Source: Eledone cirrhosa
Lineage: Eukaryota
Direction: 5' to 3'
DNA: 64,000 nt
Assembly (NCBI GenBank): GCA_964016885.1
Contig: OZ024757.1
Coordinates: forward strand, 3,596,001 to 3,660,000
Position numbers and translations under genes: made by a program. Below, piece after piece: positions 46,901 to 58,900 of this stretch. The notes under the pieces are model-generated. The model was not told the DNA's origin. It saw only the letters and a program-made list of their open reading frames with translations, and ran no database searches. The stretch's first letter is position 1. Every line of letters starts with the position of its first letter.

Positions 46901-49900
46901 GTTTAGTGTGGTGTAGTGTCGTGTAGTGTAGTGTAGTATAGGGTATTGTAATATGGAGTAGTGTAGTGGGGTGTAGTATTGTGAAGTGGAGTGGAGTGCA
47001 GTGTGGTGTAGTGTAGTGTGGTGTAGTGTAGTGTAGTGTAGTGTAGTGTAGTGTAGTGTAGTGTAGTGTGGTCTAGTGTAGTGTGGTGTAGTGTGGTGTA
47101 GTGTACTGTGGTGTAGTGTGGTTTAGTGTAGTGTGCTGTAGTGTAGTGTAATGTAGTGTCCTGTAGTACAGTGTAGTGAGGTGTAGTGTGGTGTAGTGTA
47201 GTGTGGTGTAGTGTGGTGTATAATAGTGTAGTCGGTGTAGTGTCGTGTAGTGTAGTGTAGTATAGTGTAGTGTGGAGTAGTGTGGTTTAGTGTGATGTGA
47301 TGTAGTGTAGTGTAATGTGGTGTGATATAGTGTACTGTAGTGTTGAGTAGTGTGTGTAGTGTAGTGTGGTGTAGTGTGGTGTAGTGTCGTGTAGTGTAGT
47401 GTAGTGTAGTGTAATATAGTGTGGTGTAGTATGGTGTAGTGTGGTGTAGTGTGGTGTAGTGTAGTGCATTGTAGTGTGGTGTAGTGTGGTGTAGTATAGT
47501 GTAGCGTGGTGTAGTGTGGTGTAGTGTAGTGTAGGGTCGTGTAATGTGGTGTAGTGTAGTGTGGTTTTGTATTGTGTAGTGGAGTGTAGTGTAGTGTGGT
47601 GTGGTGTAGTGTAGTGTGGTGTAGTGTAGTGTAGTGTGGTGTAGTGTGGTGTAGTGTGGTGCAGTGTGGTGTAGTGTGGTGTAGTCTGGTGTAGTCTGGT
47701 GTAATGTGGTGTAGTGTGGTGTAACGTAGTGTAGTGTGTTGAGGTGTAGTATGGTGTGATGTAGTGTAGTGTTGAAAAGTGTGGGATAGTGTAGTGTAGT
47801 GTGGTGTAGTGTGGTGTAGTGTAGTGGAGCGTAGTGTGGTGTAGTGTGGCGTAGTATAATGTAGTGTGGTGTAGTGTAGTGTGTTGAGGTGTAGTGTGAT
47901 GTGATGTAGTGCAGTGTAATATAGCGCTGTGTAGTGTACTATTGAGTAGTGTGGTGTGGTGTAGTGTGGTGTGGTGTGGTGTAGTGTGGTGCAGTGTAGT
48001 TTAGTGTAGAGTATCGTGGCGTAGTGTAGTGTGGTGAAGTGTAGTGTCAGTGTAGTGCGGTGTAGTTTGGTGTAGTGTGTTGTAGTGTAGTTTAGTGTGG
48101 TGTAGTGTCGTGTAGTGTAGTGTAGTATAGGGTATTGTAATATGGAGTAGTGTAGTGGGGTGTAGTATTGTGAAGTGGAGTGGAGTGTAGTGTGGTGTGG
48201 TGTAGTGTAGTGTGGTGTAGTGTAGTGTAGTGTAGTGTAGTGTAGTGTAGTGTAGTGTAGTGTAGTGTAGTGTAGTGTAGTGTGGTCTAGTGTAGTGTGG
48301 TGTAGTGTGGTGTAGTGTAATGTGGTGTAGTGTGGTTTAGTGTAGTGTGCTGTAGTGTAGTGTAATGTAGTGTCCTGTAGTACAGTGTAGTGTGGTGTAG
48401 TGTGGTGTAGTGTAGTGTGGTGTAGTGTGGTGTAGTATAGTGTAGTCGGTGTAGTGTCGTATAGTGTAGTGTAGTATAGTGTAGTGTAGTGTGGAGTAGT
48501 GTGGTTTAGTGTGGTATGATGTAGTGTAGTGTAATGTGGTGTGATATAGTGTACTGTAGTGTTGAGTAGTGTGTGTAGTGTAGTGTGGTGTAGTGTGGTG
48601 TAGTGTGGTGTAGTGTGGTGTAGTGTAGTGCATAGTAGTGTGGTGTAGTGTGGTGTAGTATAGTGTAGTGTGGTGTAGTGTGGTGTAGTGTGGTGTAGTG
48701 TAGTGTAGGGTAGTGTAATGTGGTGTAGTGTAGTGTGGTTTAGTATTGTGTAGTGGAGTGGAGTGTAGTGTGGTGTGGTGTAGTGTAGTGTGGTGTAGTG
48801 TAGTGTAGTGTAGTGTGGTGTAGTGTAGTGTAGTGTGGTGTAGTGTGGTGTAGTGTAGTGCATTGTAGTGTGGTGTAGTGTGGTGTAGTATAGTGTAGTG
48901 TGGTGTAGTGTGGAGTAGTGTAGTGTAGGGTAGTGTAATGTGGTGTAGTGTAGTGTGGTTTAGTATTGTGTAGTGGATTGTAGTGTAGTGTGGTGTGGTG
49001 TAGTGTAGTGTGGTGTAGTGTGGTGTAGTGTGGTGCAGTGTGGTGTAGTGTGGTGTAGTCTGGTGTAGTCTGGTGTAATGTGGTGTAGTGCGGTGTAATG
49101 TAGTGTAGTGTGTTGAGGTGTAGTATGGTGTGATGTAGTGTAGTGTTGAAAAGTGTGGTATAGTGTAGTGTAGTGTAGTGTAGTGTAGTGTAGTGTAGTG
49201 TAGTGTAGTGTAGTGTAGTGTGGTGTAGTGTAGTGTCGTATGGAGTAGTGCAATGTAGTGTAGTGTAGTGTGGTGTAGTGTGGTCGGTGTATTGTAGTGT
49301 GGTGTTGTGTAGTGTGGTGTAGTGTAGTGTAGTGTGGATGTAATGGAGTGTGGTGCAGTGTAGTGTAGTGTGGTATAGTGTAACGTTGTGTAGTGTGGTG
49401 TAGTGTGGTGTGTGTGGTGTAGTGTGGTGTAGTGTAGTATAGTGTATTGTAGTATGGTGTAGTATAGTGGAGTGTAGCGTAGTATAGTGTGGTGTAGTCT
49501 AGTGTGGAGTAGTGAGGTGTAGTGTAGGGTGATGTAGTGTAGTGTAGTGTAGTGTGTTGAGGTGTAGTGTGATGTGATATAGTGTACTGTAGTATAGCGC
49601 AGTGTAGTGTAGTGTTGAGTAGTGTGGTGTAGTGTAGTGCGGTGTGGTGTAGTGTGATGCAGTGTAGTTTTGTGTAGTGTAGTGTGGTGTAGTGTAGTGT
49701 GGTGTAGCATAGTGTTGTGTGGTGTAGTGTAGTGTGTTGTAGTGTGGTGTAGTGTGGTGTAGTGTAGTTTAGTGTGGTGTAGTGTGGTGTAGTGTAGTGT
49801 AGGGTAGTGTAATATGATGTAGTGTAGTGTGGTGTAGTATTGTGTAGTGGAGTAGAGTGTAGTGTGGTGTGGTGTGGTGTGGTGTAGTGTAGTGTGGTGT

Positions 49901-52900
49901 AATGTAGTTCGTGTAGTGTAGTGTAGTGTAGTACGGTGTAGTTGGTGTAGTGTAGTGTTGTGTGGTGTAGTGTGGTGTAGTGTGGTGTAGTGTTGTGTAG
50001 TGTATTGTAGTGTAGTGTAGTGTAGTGTAGCGTAGTATGGTGTAGTGTGGTGTAGTGTGGTGCAGTTTGGTGTAATGTAGTGTAGTGTTGTTTAGTGTGG
50101 TGTAGTTTGGTGTACTGTAGTGTGGTTTAGAGTAGTGTGGTGTAGTGTGCTGTAGTGTGGTTTAGTGTGGAGTAATGTGGTGTAGTGTGGTATAGTGTAG
50201 TGTGGTGTAGTGTAGAGTGTTGTGGTGTAGTGTGGTGTAGTGTAGTGTGGTGTAGTGTAGTGTAGTGTGGTGTAGTGTAGTGTAGTGTAGTGTAGTGTGT
50301 TGTGGTGTAGTGTGGTGTAGTGTAGTATGGTGTAGTGTAGTGTAGTGTAGTGTAGTGTGGTCTAGTGTAGTGTAGTGTGGTCTAGTGTAGTGTGGTGTAG
50401 TGTGGTGTAGTGTAGTGTGGTGTAGTGTGGTGTAGTGTAATGTAGTGTGGTGTAGTTTAGTATGGTGTAGTGTGGTGTCGTGTGCTGTAGTGTAGAGGAG
50501 TGTCGTGTGCTGTAGTGTAGAGGAGTGTAGTGAGGTGTAGTGTGGTATAGTATACTGTAGTGCGGTGTAGTGTAGTGTACTGTGGTGTAGTGTTGCATAG
50601 TGTAGTATCGTGGTGTGTACTGTAGCATAGTGTGGTGTAGTGTAGTGTGGAGTAGTGTGGTGTAGTGTGGTGTGATGTAGTGTAGTGTAGTGTAGTGTAG
50701 TGTAGTGTAGTGTAGTGTAGTGTAGTGTAGTGTAGTGTAGTGTAGTGTGTTGAGGTGTAGTCTGATGTGATTAAGTGCAGTGTAATATAGCGCTGTGTAG
50801 TGTACTGTTGAGTAGTGTGGTGTAGTGTAGTGTGGTGTGGTGTAGTGTGGTGCAGTGTAGTTTAGTATAGAGTATTGTGGTGTAGTGTAGTGTGGTGTAA
50901 TAGATTGTAGTGTGGTGTAGTGTAGTGTCAGTGTAGTGTGTTGTAGTTTGGTGTAGTGTGTTGTAGTGTAGTTTAGTGTGGTGTAGTGTAGTGTAGTGTA
51001 GTGTAGTGTAGTGTAGTGTAGTGTAGTGTAGGGTATTGTAATATGGTGTAGTGTAGTGTGGTGTAGTATTGTGAAGTGGAGTGTTGTATGGTGTGGTGTA
51101 GTGTAGTGTAGTGTAGTGTAGTGTAGTGTAGTGTAGTGTAGTGTAGTGTAGTGTAGTGTAGTGTAGTGTAGTTTTGTGTAGTGTGGTGTAGTGTAGTGTG
51201 GTGTAGTGTGGTGTAGTGTAGTGTGCTGTACTGTAGTGTAATGTAGTGTCCTGTAGTACAGTGTAGTGTGATGTAGTGTGGTGTAGTGTAGTGTGGTGTA
51301 GTGTGGTGTACTATAGTGTAGTGGGTGTAGTGTCGTGTAGTGTAATGTAGTATAGTGTAGTGTAGTGTGGAGTAGTGTGGTTTAGTGTGGTGTGATGTAG
51401 TGTAGTGTAATGTGGTGTGATATAGTGTAGCGTTGTGTAGTCTGGTGTAGTGTAGTGTAGTGTAGTGTAGTGTAGTGTAGTGTAGTGTAGTGTAATTTAG
51501 GGTGGTGTAGTATGGTGTAGTGTGGTGTAGTGTGGTGTAGTGTAGTGCAATGTAGTGTGGTGTAGTGTGGTGTAGTATAGTGTAGTGTGGTGTAGTGTGG
51601 TGTAGTGTAGTGTAGGGTAGTGTAATGTGGTGTAGTGTAGAGTGGTTTAGTATTGTGTAGTGGAGTGTAGTGTAGTGTGGTGTAGTGTGGTGTAGTGTAG
51701 TGTAGTGTGGTGTAGTGTGGTGTAGTGTGGTGCAGTGCGGTGTAGTGTGGTGTAGTCTGGTGTAGTCTGGTGTAATGTGGTGTAGTGTGGTGTAGTGTAG
51801 TGTAGAGTGTTGAGGTGTAGTATGGTGTGATGTAGTGTAGTGTTGAAAAGTGTGGTGTAGTGTAGTGTTGAAAAATGTGGTGTAGTGTAGTGTAGTGTAG
51901 TGTAGTGTAGTGTAGTGTAGTGTAGTGTAGTGTGATTTAGTGTAGTGTGGTATGGAGTAGTGCAATATAGTGTAGTGTAGTGTAGTGTAGCGTGGTGTAG
52001 TTTGGTCGGTGTATTGTAGTGTGGTGTTGTGTAGTGTGGTGTAGTGTAGTGTAGTGTGGATGTAGTGGAGTGTGGTGCAGTGTGGTGTAGTGTAATGTGG
52101 TGTAGTGTGGTGTAGTGTGGTGTAGTGTGGTGTAGTGTAGTGTAGTGTACTGTAGTATGGTGTAGTATAGTGGAGTATAGCATAGTATAGTGTGGTTTAG
52201 TCTAGTGTGGAGTAGTGAGGTGTAGTGTGGGGTGATGTAGTGTAGTGTAGTGTAGTGTAGTGTAGTGTAGTGTAGTGTGTTGAGGTGTAGTGTGATGTGA
52301 TGTAGTGTACTGTAGTGTAGTGTAGTGTAGTGTTGAGAATGTGGTGTAGTGTAGTGTGGTGTGGTGTGGTGTGGTGTAGTGTGGTGCAGTGTAGTTTAGT
52401 GTAGTGTAGTGTGCTGTAGTGTAGTGTGGTGTAGTATAGTATTGTGTGGTGTAGTGTAGTGTGTTGTAGTGTGGTGTAGTGTGGTGTAGTGTAGTTTAGT
52501 GTGGTGTAGTGTGGTGTAGTGTAGTGTAGTGTAGAGTAATATGATGTAGTGTAGTGTGGTGTAGCATTGTGTAGTGGAGTAGAGTGTGGTGTGGTGTAGT
52601 GTGGTGTAGTGTAGTGTACTGTAGTATAGTACGGTGTAGTTGGTGTAGTGTAGTGTTGTGTTGTGTAGTGTGGTGTAGTGTGGTGTAGTGTTATGTAGTT
52701 TGGTGTTATGTAGTGTGGTGTTTTGTGGTGTAATGTGGTGTAGTGTGGTGTAGTGTAGTTTAGTGTTGTGTAGTAGTATTGTAGTGTAGCGTAGTATGGT
52801 GTAGTGTGGTGTAGTGTAGTGTGGTGTAGTTTGGTGTAATGTAGTGTAGTGTTGTTTAGTGCGGTGTAGTGTGGTGTACTCTAGTGTGGTTTAGTGTTGT

Positions 52901-55900
52901 GTGGTGTAGTGTGCTGTAGTGTGGTTTAGTGTAGTGTGGTGTAGTGTGCTGTAGTGTGGTTTCGTGTGGAGTAATGTGGTCTAGTGTGGTATAGTGTAGT
53001 GTGTTGTAATGTAGTGTGTTGTGGTGTAGTGTGGTGTAGTGTAGTGTAGTGTAGTGTAGTGTGGTGTAGTGTGGTGTAGTGTAGGCTGGTGTAGTGTAGT
53101 GTAGTGTGGTCTAGTGTAGTGTGGTGTAGTGTGGTGTAGTGTAATGTAGTGTGGTGTAGTTTATTATGGTGTAGTGTGGTGTCGTGTGCTGTAGTGTAGA
53201 GGAGTGTAGTGTGGTGTAGTGTGGTATAATATTCTGTAGTGTGGTGTAGTGTAGTGTAGTGTAGTGTGGTGTAGTGTTGTATAGTGTAGTATAGTGGAGT
53301 GTACTGTAGCATAGTGTGCTGCAGTGTAGTGTGGAGTAGTGTGGTGTAGTGTAGTGTAGTGTAGTGTAGTGTAGTGTAGTGTAGTGTAGTGTAGTGTAGT
53401 GTAGTGTAGTGTAGTGTAGTGTAGTGTAGTGTAGTTTATTGTAGTGTAGTATAGTGTAGTGTGTTGAGGTGTAGTGTGATGTGATGTAGTGCAGTGTAAT
53501 ATAGCGCTGTGTAGTGTACTGTTGAGTAGTGTGGTGCAGTGTAGTGTGGTGTGGTGCAGTGTAGTTTAGTGTAGAGTATTGTGGTATAGCGTGGTGTAGT
53601 AGATTGTAGTGTGATGTAGTGTAGTGTTGAAAAGTGTGGTGTAGTGTAGTGTAGTGTTGAAAAGTCTGGTGTAGTGTAGTGTAGTGTAGTGTAGTGTAGT
53701 GTGGTTTAGTGTAGTGTGGTATGGAGTAGTGCAATATAGTGTAGTGTAGTGTAGTGTAGCGTGGTGTAGTGTGGTCGGTGTATTGCAGTGTGGTGTAGTG
53801 TAGTGTGGTGTAGTGTAGTGTAGTGTGGATGTAGTGGAGTGTGGTGCAGTTTAGTGTAGTGTGGTGTAGTGTAATGTGGTGTAGTCTGGTGTAGTGTGGT
53901 GTAGTGTGGTGTAGTGTAGTGTAGTGTAGTGTACTGTAGTATGGTGTAGTATAGTGGAGTATAGCATAGTATAGTGTGGTTTATTCTAGTGTGGAGTTGT
54001 GAGGTGTAGTGTGGGGTGATGTAGTGTAGTGTAGTGTAGTGTAGTGTAGTGTAGTGTAGTGTGTTGAGGTGTAGTGTGATGTGATGTAGTGTACTGTAGT
54101 GTAGTGTAGTGTAGTGTTGAGAATGTGGTGTAGTGTAGTGTGGTGTGGTGTGGTGTGGTGTAGTGTGGTGCAGTGTAGTTTAGTGTAGTGTAGTGTGCTG
54201 TAGTGTAGTGTGGTGTAGTATAGTGTTGTGTGCTGTAGTGTAGTGTGTTGTAGTGTGGTGTAGTGTGGTGTAGTGTAGTTTAGTGTGGTGTAGTGTGGCG
54301 TAGTGTAGTGTAGGGTAGTGTAATATGATGTAGTGTAGTGTGGTGTAGTATTGTGTAGTGGAGTAGAGTGTAGTGTGGTGTGGTGTAGTGTGTTGTAGTG
54401 TAGTGTACTGTAGTGTAGTACGGTGTAGTTGGGGTAGTGTAGTGTTGTGTGGTGTAGTGTTATGTAGTGTTGTGTTATGTAGTGTGGTGTAGTGTGGTGT
54501 AATGTGGTGTAGTGTGGTTTAGTGTAGTGTTGTGTAGTAGTATTGTAGTGTAGTGTAGCGTAGTATGGTGTAGTGCGGTGTAGTGTAGTGTGGTGTAATT
54601 TGGTGTAATGTAGTGTAGTGTTGTTTAGTGTGGTGTAGTGTGGTGGACTGTAGTGTGGTTTAGTGTAGTGTGGTGTAGTGTGCTGTAGTGTGGTTTAGTG
54701 TAGTGTGGTGTAGTGTGCTGTAGTGTGGTTTCGTGTGGAGTAATGTGGTCTAGTGTGGTATAGTGTAGTGTGTTGTAGTGTGGTGTGTTGTGGTGTAGTG
54801 TGGTGTAGTGTAGTGTGGTGTAGTGTAGTGTAGTATGGTGTAGTGTGGTGTAGTGTAGTGTGTTGTGGTGTAGTGTGGTGTAGTGTAGGCTGGTGTAGTG
54901 TAGTGTAGTGTAGTGTGGTCTAGTGTAGTTTGGTGTAGTGTGGTGTAGTGTAATGTAGTGTGGTGTAGTTTAGTATGGTGTAGTGTGGTGTCGTGTGCTG
55001 TAGTGTAGAGGAGTGTAGTGTGGTGTAGTGTGGTATAATATACTGTAGTGTGGTGTAGTGTAGTGTAGTGTAGTGTGGTGTAGTGTTGTATAGTGTAGTA
55101 TAGTGGAGTGTACTGTAGCATAGTGTGCTGCAGTGTAGTGTGGAGTAGTGTGGTGTAGTGTAGTGTAGTGTAATGTAGTGTAGTGTAGTGTAGTGTAGTG
55201 TAGTTTAGTGTAGTGTAGTGTAGTGTGTTGAGGTGTAGTGTGATGTGATGTAGTGCAGTGTAATATAGCGCTGTGTAGTGTACTGTTGAGTAGTGTGGTG
55301 TAGTGTAGTGTGGTGTGGTGCAGTGTAGTTTAGTGTGGTGTAGTTTGGTGTAGTGTGTTGTAGTGTAGTTTAGTGTGGTGTAGTCTCGTGTAGTGTAGTG
55401 TAGTGTAGGGTATTGTAGTGTAGTGTAGTGTGGTGTAGTATTGTGAAGTTGAGTGTAGTGTAGTGTGGTGTGGTGTAGTGTAGTGTAGTGTAGTGTAGTG
55501 TAGTGTAGTGTAGTGTAGTGTAGTGTAGTGTAGTGTAGTGTGGTCTAGTGTAGTGTGGTGTAGTGTGGTGTAGTGTAGTGTAGTGTAGTGTAGTGTGTTG
55601 TAGTGTAGTGTGCTGTAGTGTAGTGTGCTGTAGTGTAGCGTGTTAAGGTGTAGTGTGGTGTAGTGTAGTGTAGTGTAGTGTAGTGTGGTGTAGTGTAGTG
55701 TAGTGTGGGGTAGTGTGCTATAGTGTAGTGTAGTGTAGTGTAGTGTAGTGTAGTGTAGTGTAGTGTAGTGTAGTGTAGTGTAGTGTAGTGTAGTGTGGTC
55801 TAGTGTAGTGTGGTGTAGTGTAGTGTAGTGTGGTGTTGTGTGATGTAATGTAGTGTAGTGTTGAGTAGTGTGGTGTAGTGTGGTGTGGTGTATTGTGGTG

Positions 55901-58900
55901 TAGTGTTGCATAGTATAGTGTGGTCTACTGTGGTGTAGTGTAGTGTGCAGTAGTGTAGTGTAATGCAGAGTCCTGTAGTATTGTGTAGTGTGGTGTAGTG
56001 TAGTGTAGTGTAGTGTGGTGTAGTGTGGTGTTGTATAGTTTAGTGTGGTGTAGTGTAGTGTGGTGTAGTGTGGTGTGGTGTAGTGCAGTATAGCGTGGTG
56101 TAGTGTAGTGTGGAGTAGTGTGGTTTAGTGTGGTGTGATGTAGTGTAATGTAGTGTAGTGTAGTGTGGTGTGGTGTGATGTAGTGTAGTGTTGAGTAGTG
56201 TGGTGTAGTGTGGTGTGAGTATACTTTAGTGTAATGTAATGTGGTGTAGTGCAGTGTGGTGTAGTATAGTGTAGTGTGGTGTAGTGTGGTGTAGTGTGGT
56301 GTAGTGTGCTGTAGTGTGCTGTAGTGTAGTGTAGTGTAGTGTAGTGTAGTGTAGTGTAGTGTAGTGTAGTGTAGTGTAGTGTAGTGTAGTGTAGTGTAGT
56401 GTAATGTGGTGTAGTGTGGTGTTGTATTGTATTGTGTAGTGGAGTCAAGTGTAGTGTGGTGTGTTGTAGTTTGGTGTAGTGCAGTTTAGTGTGGTGTAGT
56501 GTGGTCGCTGTAGTGTAGTGTGGTGTAGTGTAGTGTAGTGTAGTGTGGTGGTCGGTGTAGTGTAGTGTGGTGTTGTGTAGTGTGGTGTAGTGTAGTGTAG
56601 TGTGGTCCAATGTAGTGTAGTGTGGTGTGGTGTAGTGTAGTGTAGTGTAGTGTAGTGTAGTGTAGTGTAGTGTAGTGTAGTGTAGTGTAGTGTATTATGG
56701 GGTAGTGTAGTGTAGTTTGGTGTAGTGTAGTGTGGTGCAATGTAGTGTACTGTGGTGTGGTGTAGCGTAGTGTAGTTTGGTGTAGTGTAGTTTGGTGTGG
56801 TGTAGTGTAGTATGGTGTAGTGTGGTTTAGTGTGGTGTAGTGTAGAGTGGTGTAGTGTGGTGTAGTGTAGTGTGGTTTGGTTTGGTGTAGTGTAGTGTGG
56901 TGTAGTGTGTAGTATGGCGTAGTGTAGTGTAGCGTGGTGTAGCGTGGTGTAGTGTAGTGTAGTGTGGCGTAGTGTGGTGTAGTGTGGGGTGGTGTAGTGT
57001 GGGGTGGTGTAGTGTGGTTTGGTTTGGTGTAGTGTAGTATAGTGTAGTGTAGTGTGGTGTAGTGTAGTGAAGTGTGGTGCAGTGTAGTGTAGTGTGGTGT
57101 AGCGTAGTGTGGTTTGGTGTGGTGTAGTGTAATATGGTGTAGTGTAGTGTAGTGTGGTGTAGTGTGGTGTAGGGTACTGAAGTGTGGTGTGGTGTAGTGG
57201 GGTGTAGTGTAGTGTAGTGTAGTGTAGTGTAGTGTAGTGTAGTGTAGTGTAGTGTAGTGTAGTGTAGTGTGGTGTAGTGTAGTGTGGTTTGGTGTGGTGT
57301 GGTGTAGTGTGGTTTAGTGCTGTGTAGTGTGTTTTAGTGTAGCGCAGTGTGGCGTACTATGGTGTAGTGTAGTGTAGTGTAGTGTAGTGTAGTGTAGTGT
57401 AGGGTGGTGTGGTTTAAATAGGTGTAGTGTAGTGTAGTGTGGTGTGGTGTAGCGTTGTGTAGTGTGGTGTGGTGTAGTGTGGATTAGTGTAGTGTAGTGT
57501 GTGTATGTGTGTGTATGTTTGGTGTGGTGTAATGTGGTGTGGTCTAGTGTAGTGTGGTGTAGTGTGGTTTAGTGTTGTCTGGTGTAGAGTAGTGTGGTGT
57601 AGTGTAGTGTAGTAAAGTGTGGTGTAGTGTAGTGTGTTGTAGTGTAGTTTGGTGTGATGTAGTGTGGTGTAGTGTAGTGTAGTGGAGTGTATTGTAATTA
57701 TGGTGTTGTGTAGTGTGGTGTAGTGTAGTGTAGTGTAGGTAGTGTAGTGTAGTGTGGTGTAGTGTAGTGTTGTGTGGTGTAGTGTGGTGAGGTGTAGTCT
57801 GGTGTAGTGCAATGTGGTGTAGTGTACTGTGTTATGGTGTAGTTTAGTGTAGTGTAGTCTAGTGTAGTGTGGTGTAGTGTAGTGTTGTGTAGAATAGTAT
57901 GGTGTAGTATAGTGTAGTGTGGTGCAGTGTAGTGTGGTGTAGCGTGGTGTAATGTAGTATGGTGTTATGTAGCGTGGTGTAGTGTGGTGTAATGTGGTTT
58001 AGTGTGGTGTAGTGTAGTGTAGTGTAGTAGTATTGTAGTGTAGTGTAGCTTAGTATGGTGTAGTGTGGTGTAGTGTAGTGTGGTGTAGTTTGGTGTAATG
58101 TAGTGTAGTGTTGTTTAGTGTGGTGTAGTGTGGTGTATTGTAGTGTGGTTTAGTGTAGTGTGGTGTAGTGTGTTGTAGTGTGGTTTAGTGTGGAGTAAAG
58201 TGGTCTAGTGTGGTATAGTGTAGTGTGGTGTAGTGTGTTGTGGTGTAGTGTGGTGTTGTGTAGTGTGGTGTAGTGTAGTGTGGAGTAGTGTGGTGTAGTG
58301 TAGTGTGATGTAGTGTAGTGTAGTGTAGTGTAGTGTAGTGTAGTGTAGTGTAGTGTAGTGTAGTGTAGTGTAGTGTAGTGTAGTGTAGTGTAGTGTGTTG
58401 AGGTGTAGTGTGATGTGATGTAGTGCAGTGTAATATAGCGCTGTGTAGTGTACTGTTGAGTAGTGTGGTGTAGTGTAGTGTGGTGTGGTGCAGTGTAGTT
58501 TAGTGTAGAGTATTGTGGTGTAGTGTAGTGTGGTGTAGTAAATTGTAGTGTGGTGTAGTGTAGTGTCAGTGTAGTGTGGTGTAGTTTGGTGTAGTGTGTT
58601 GTAGTGTAGTTTAGTGTGGTGTAGTCTCGTGTAGTGTAGTGTAGTGTAGGGTATTGTAATATGGTGTAGTGTAGTGTGGTGTAGTATTGTGAAGTGGAGT
58701 GGAGTGTAGTGTGGTGTAGTGTAGTGTAGTGTAGTGTAGTGTAGTGTAGTGTAGTGTAGTGTAGTGTAGTGTAGTGTGGTCTAGTGTAGTGTGGTGTAGT
58801 GTGGTGTAGTGTGGTGTAGTATAGTGTAGTGTGTGTAGTGTCGTGTAGTGTAATGTAGTATAGTGTAGTGTAGTGTGGAGTAGTGTGGTTTAGTGTGGTG

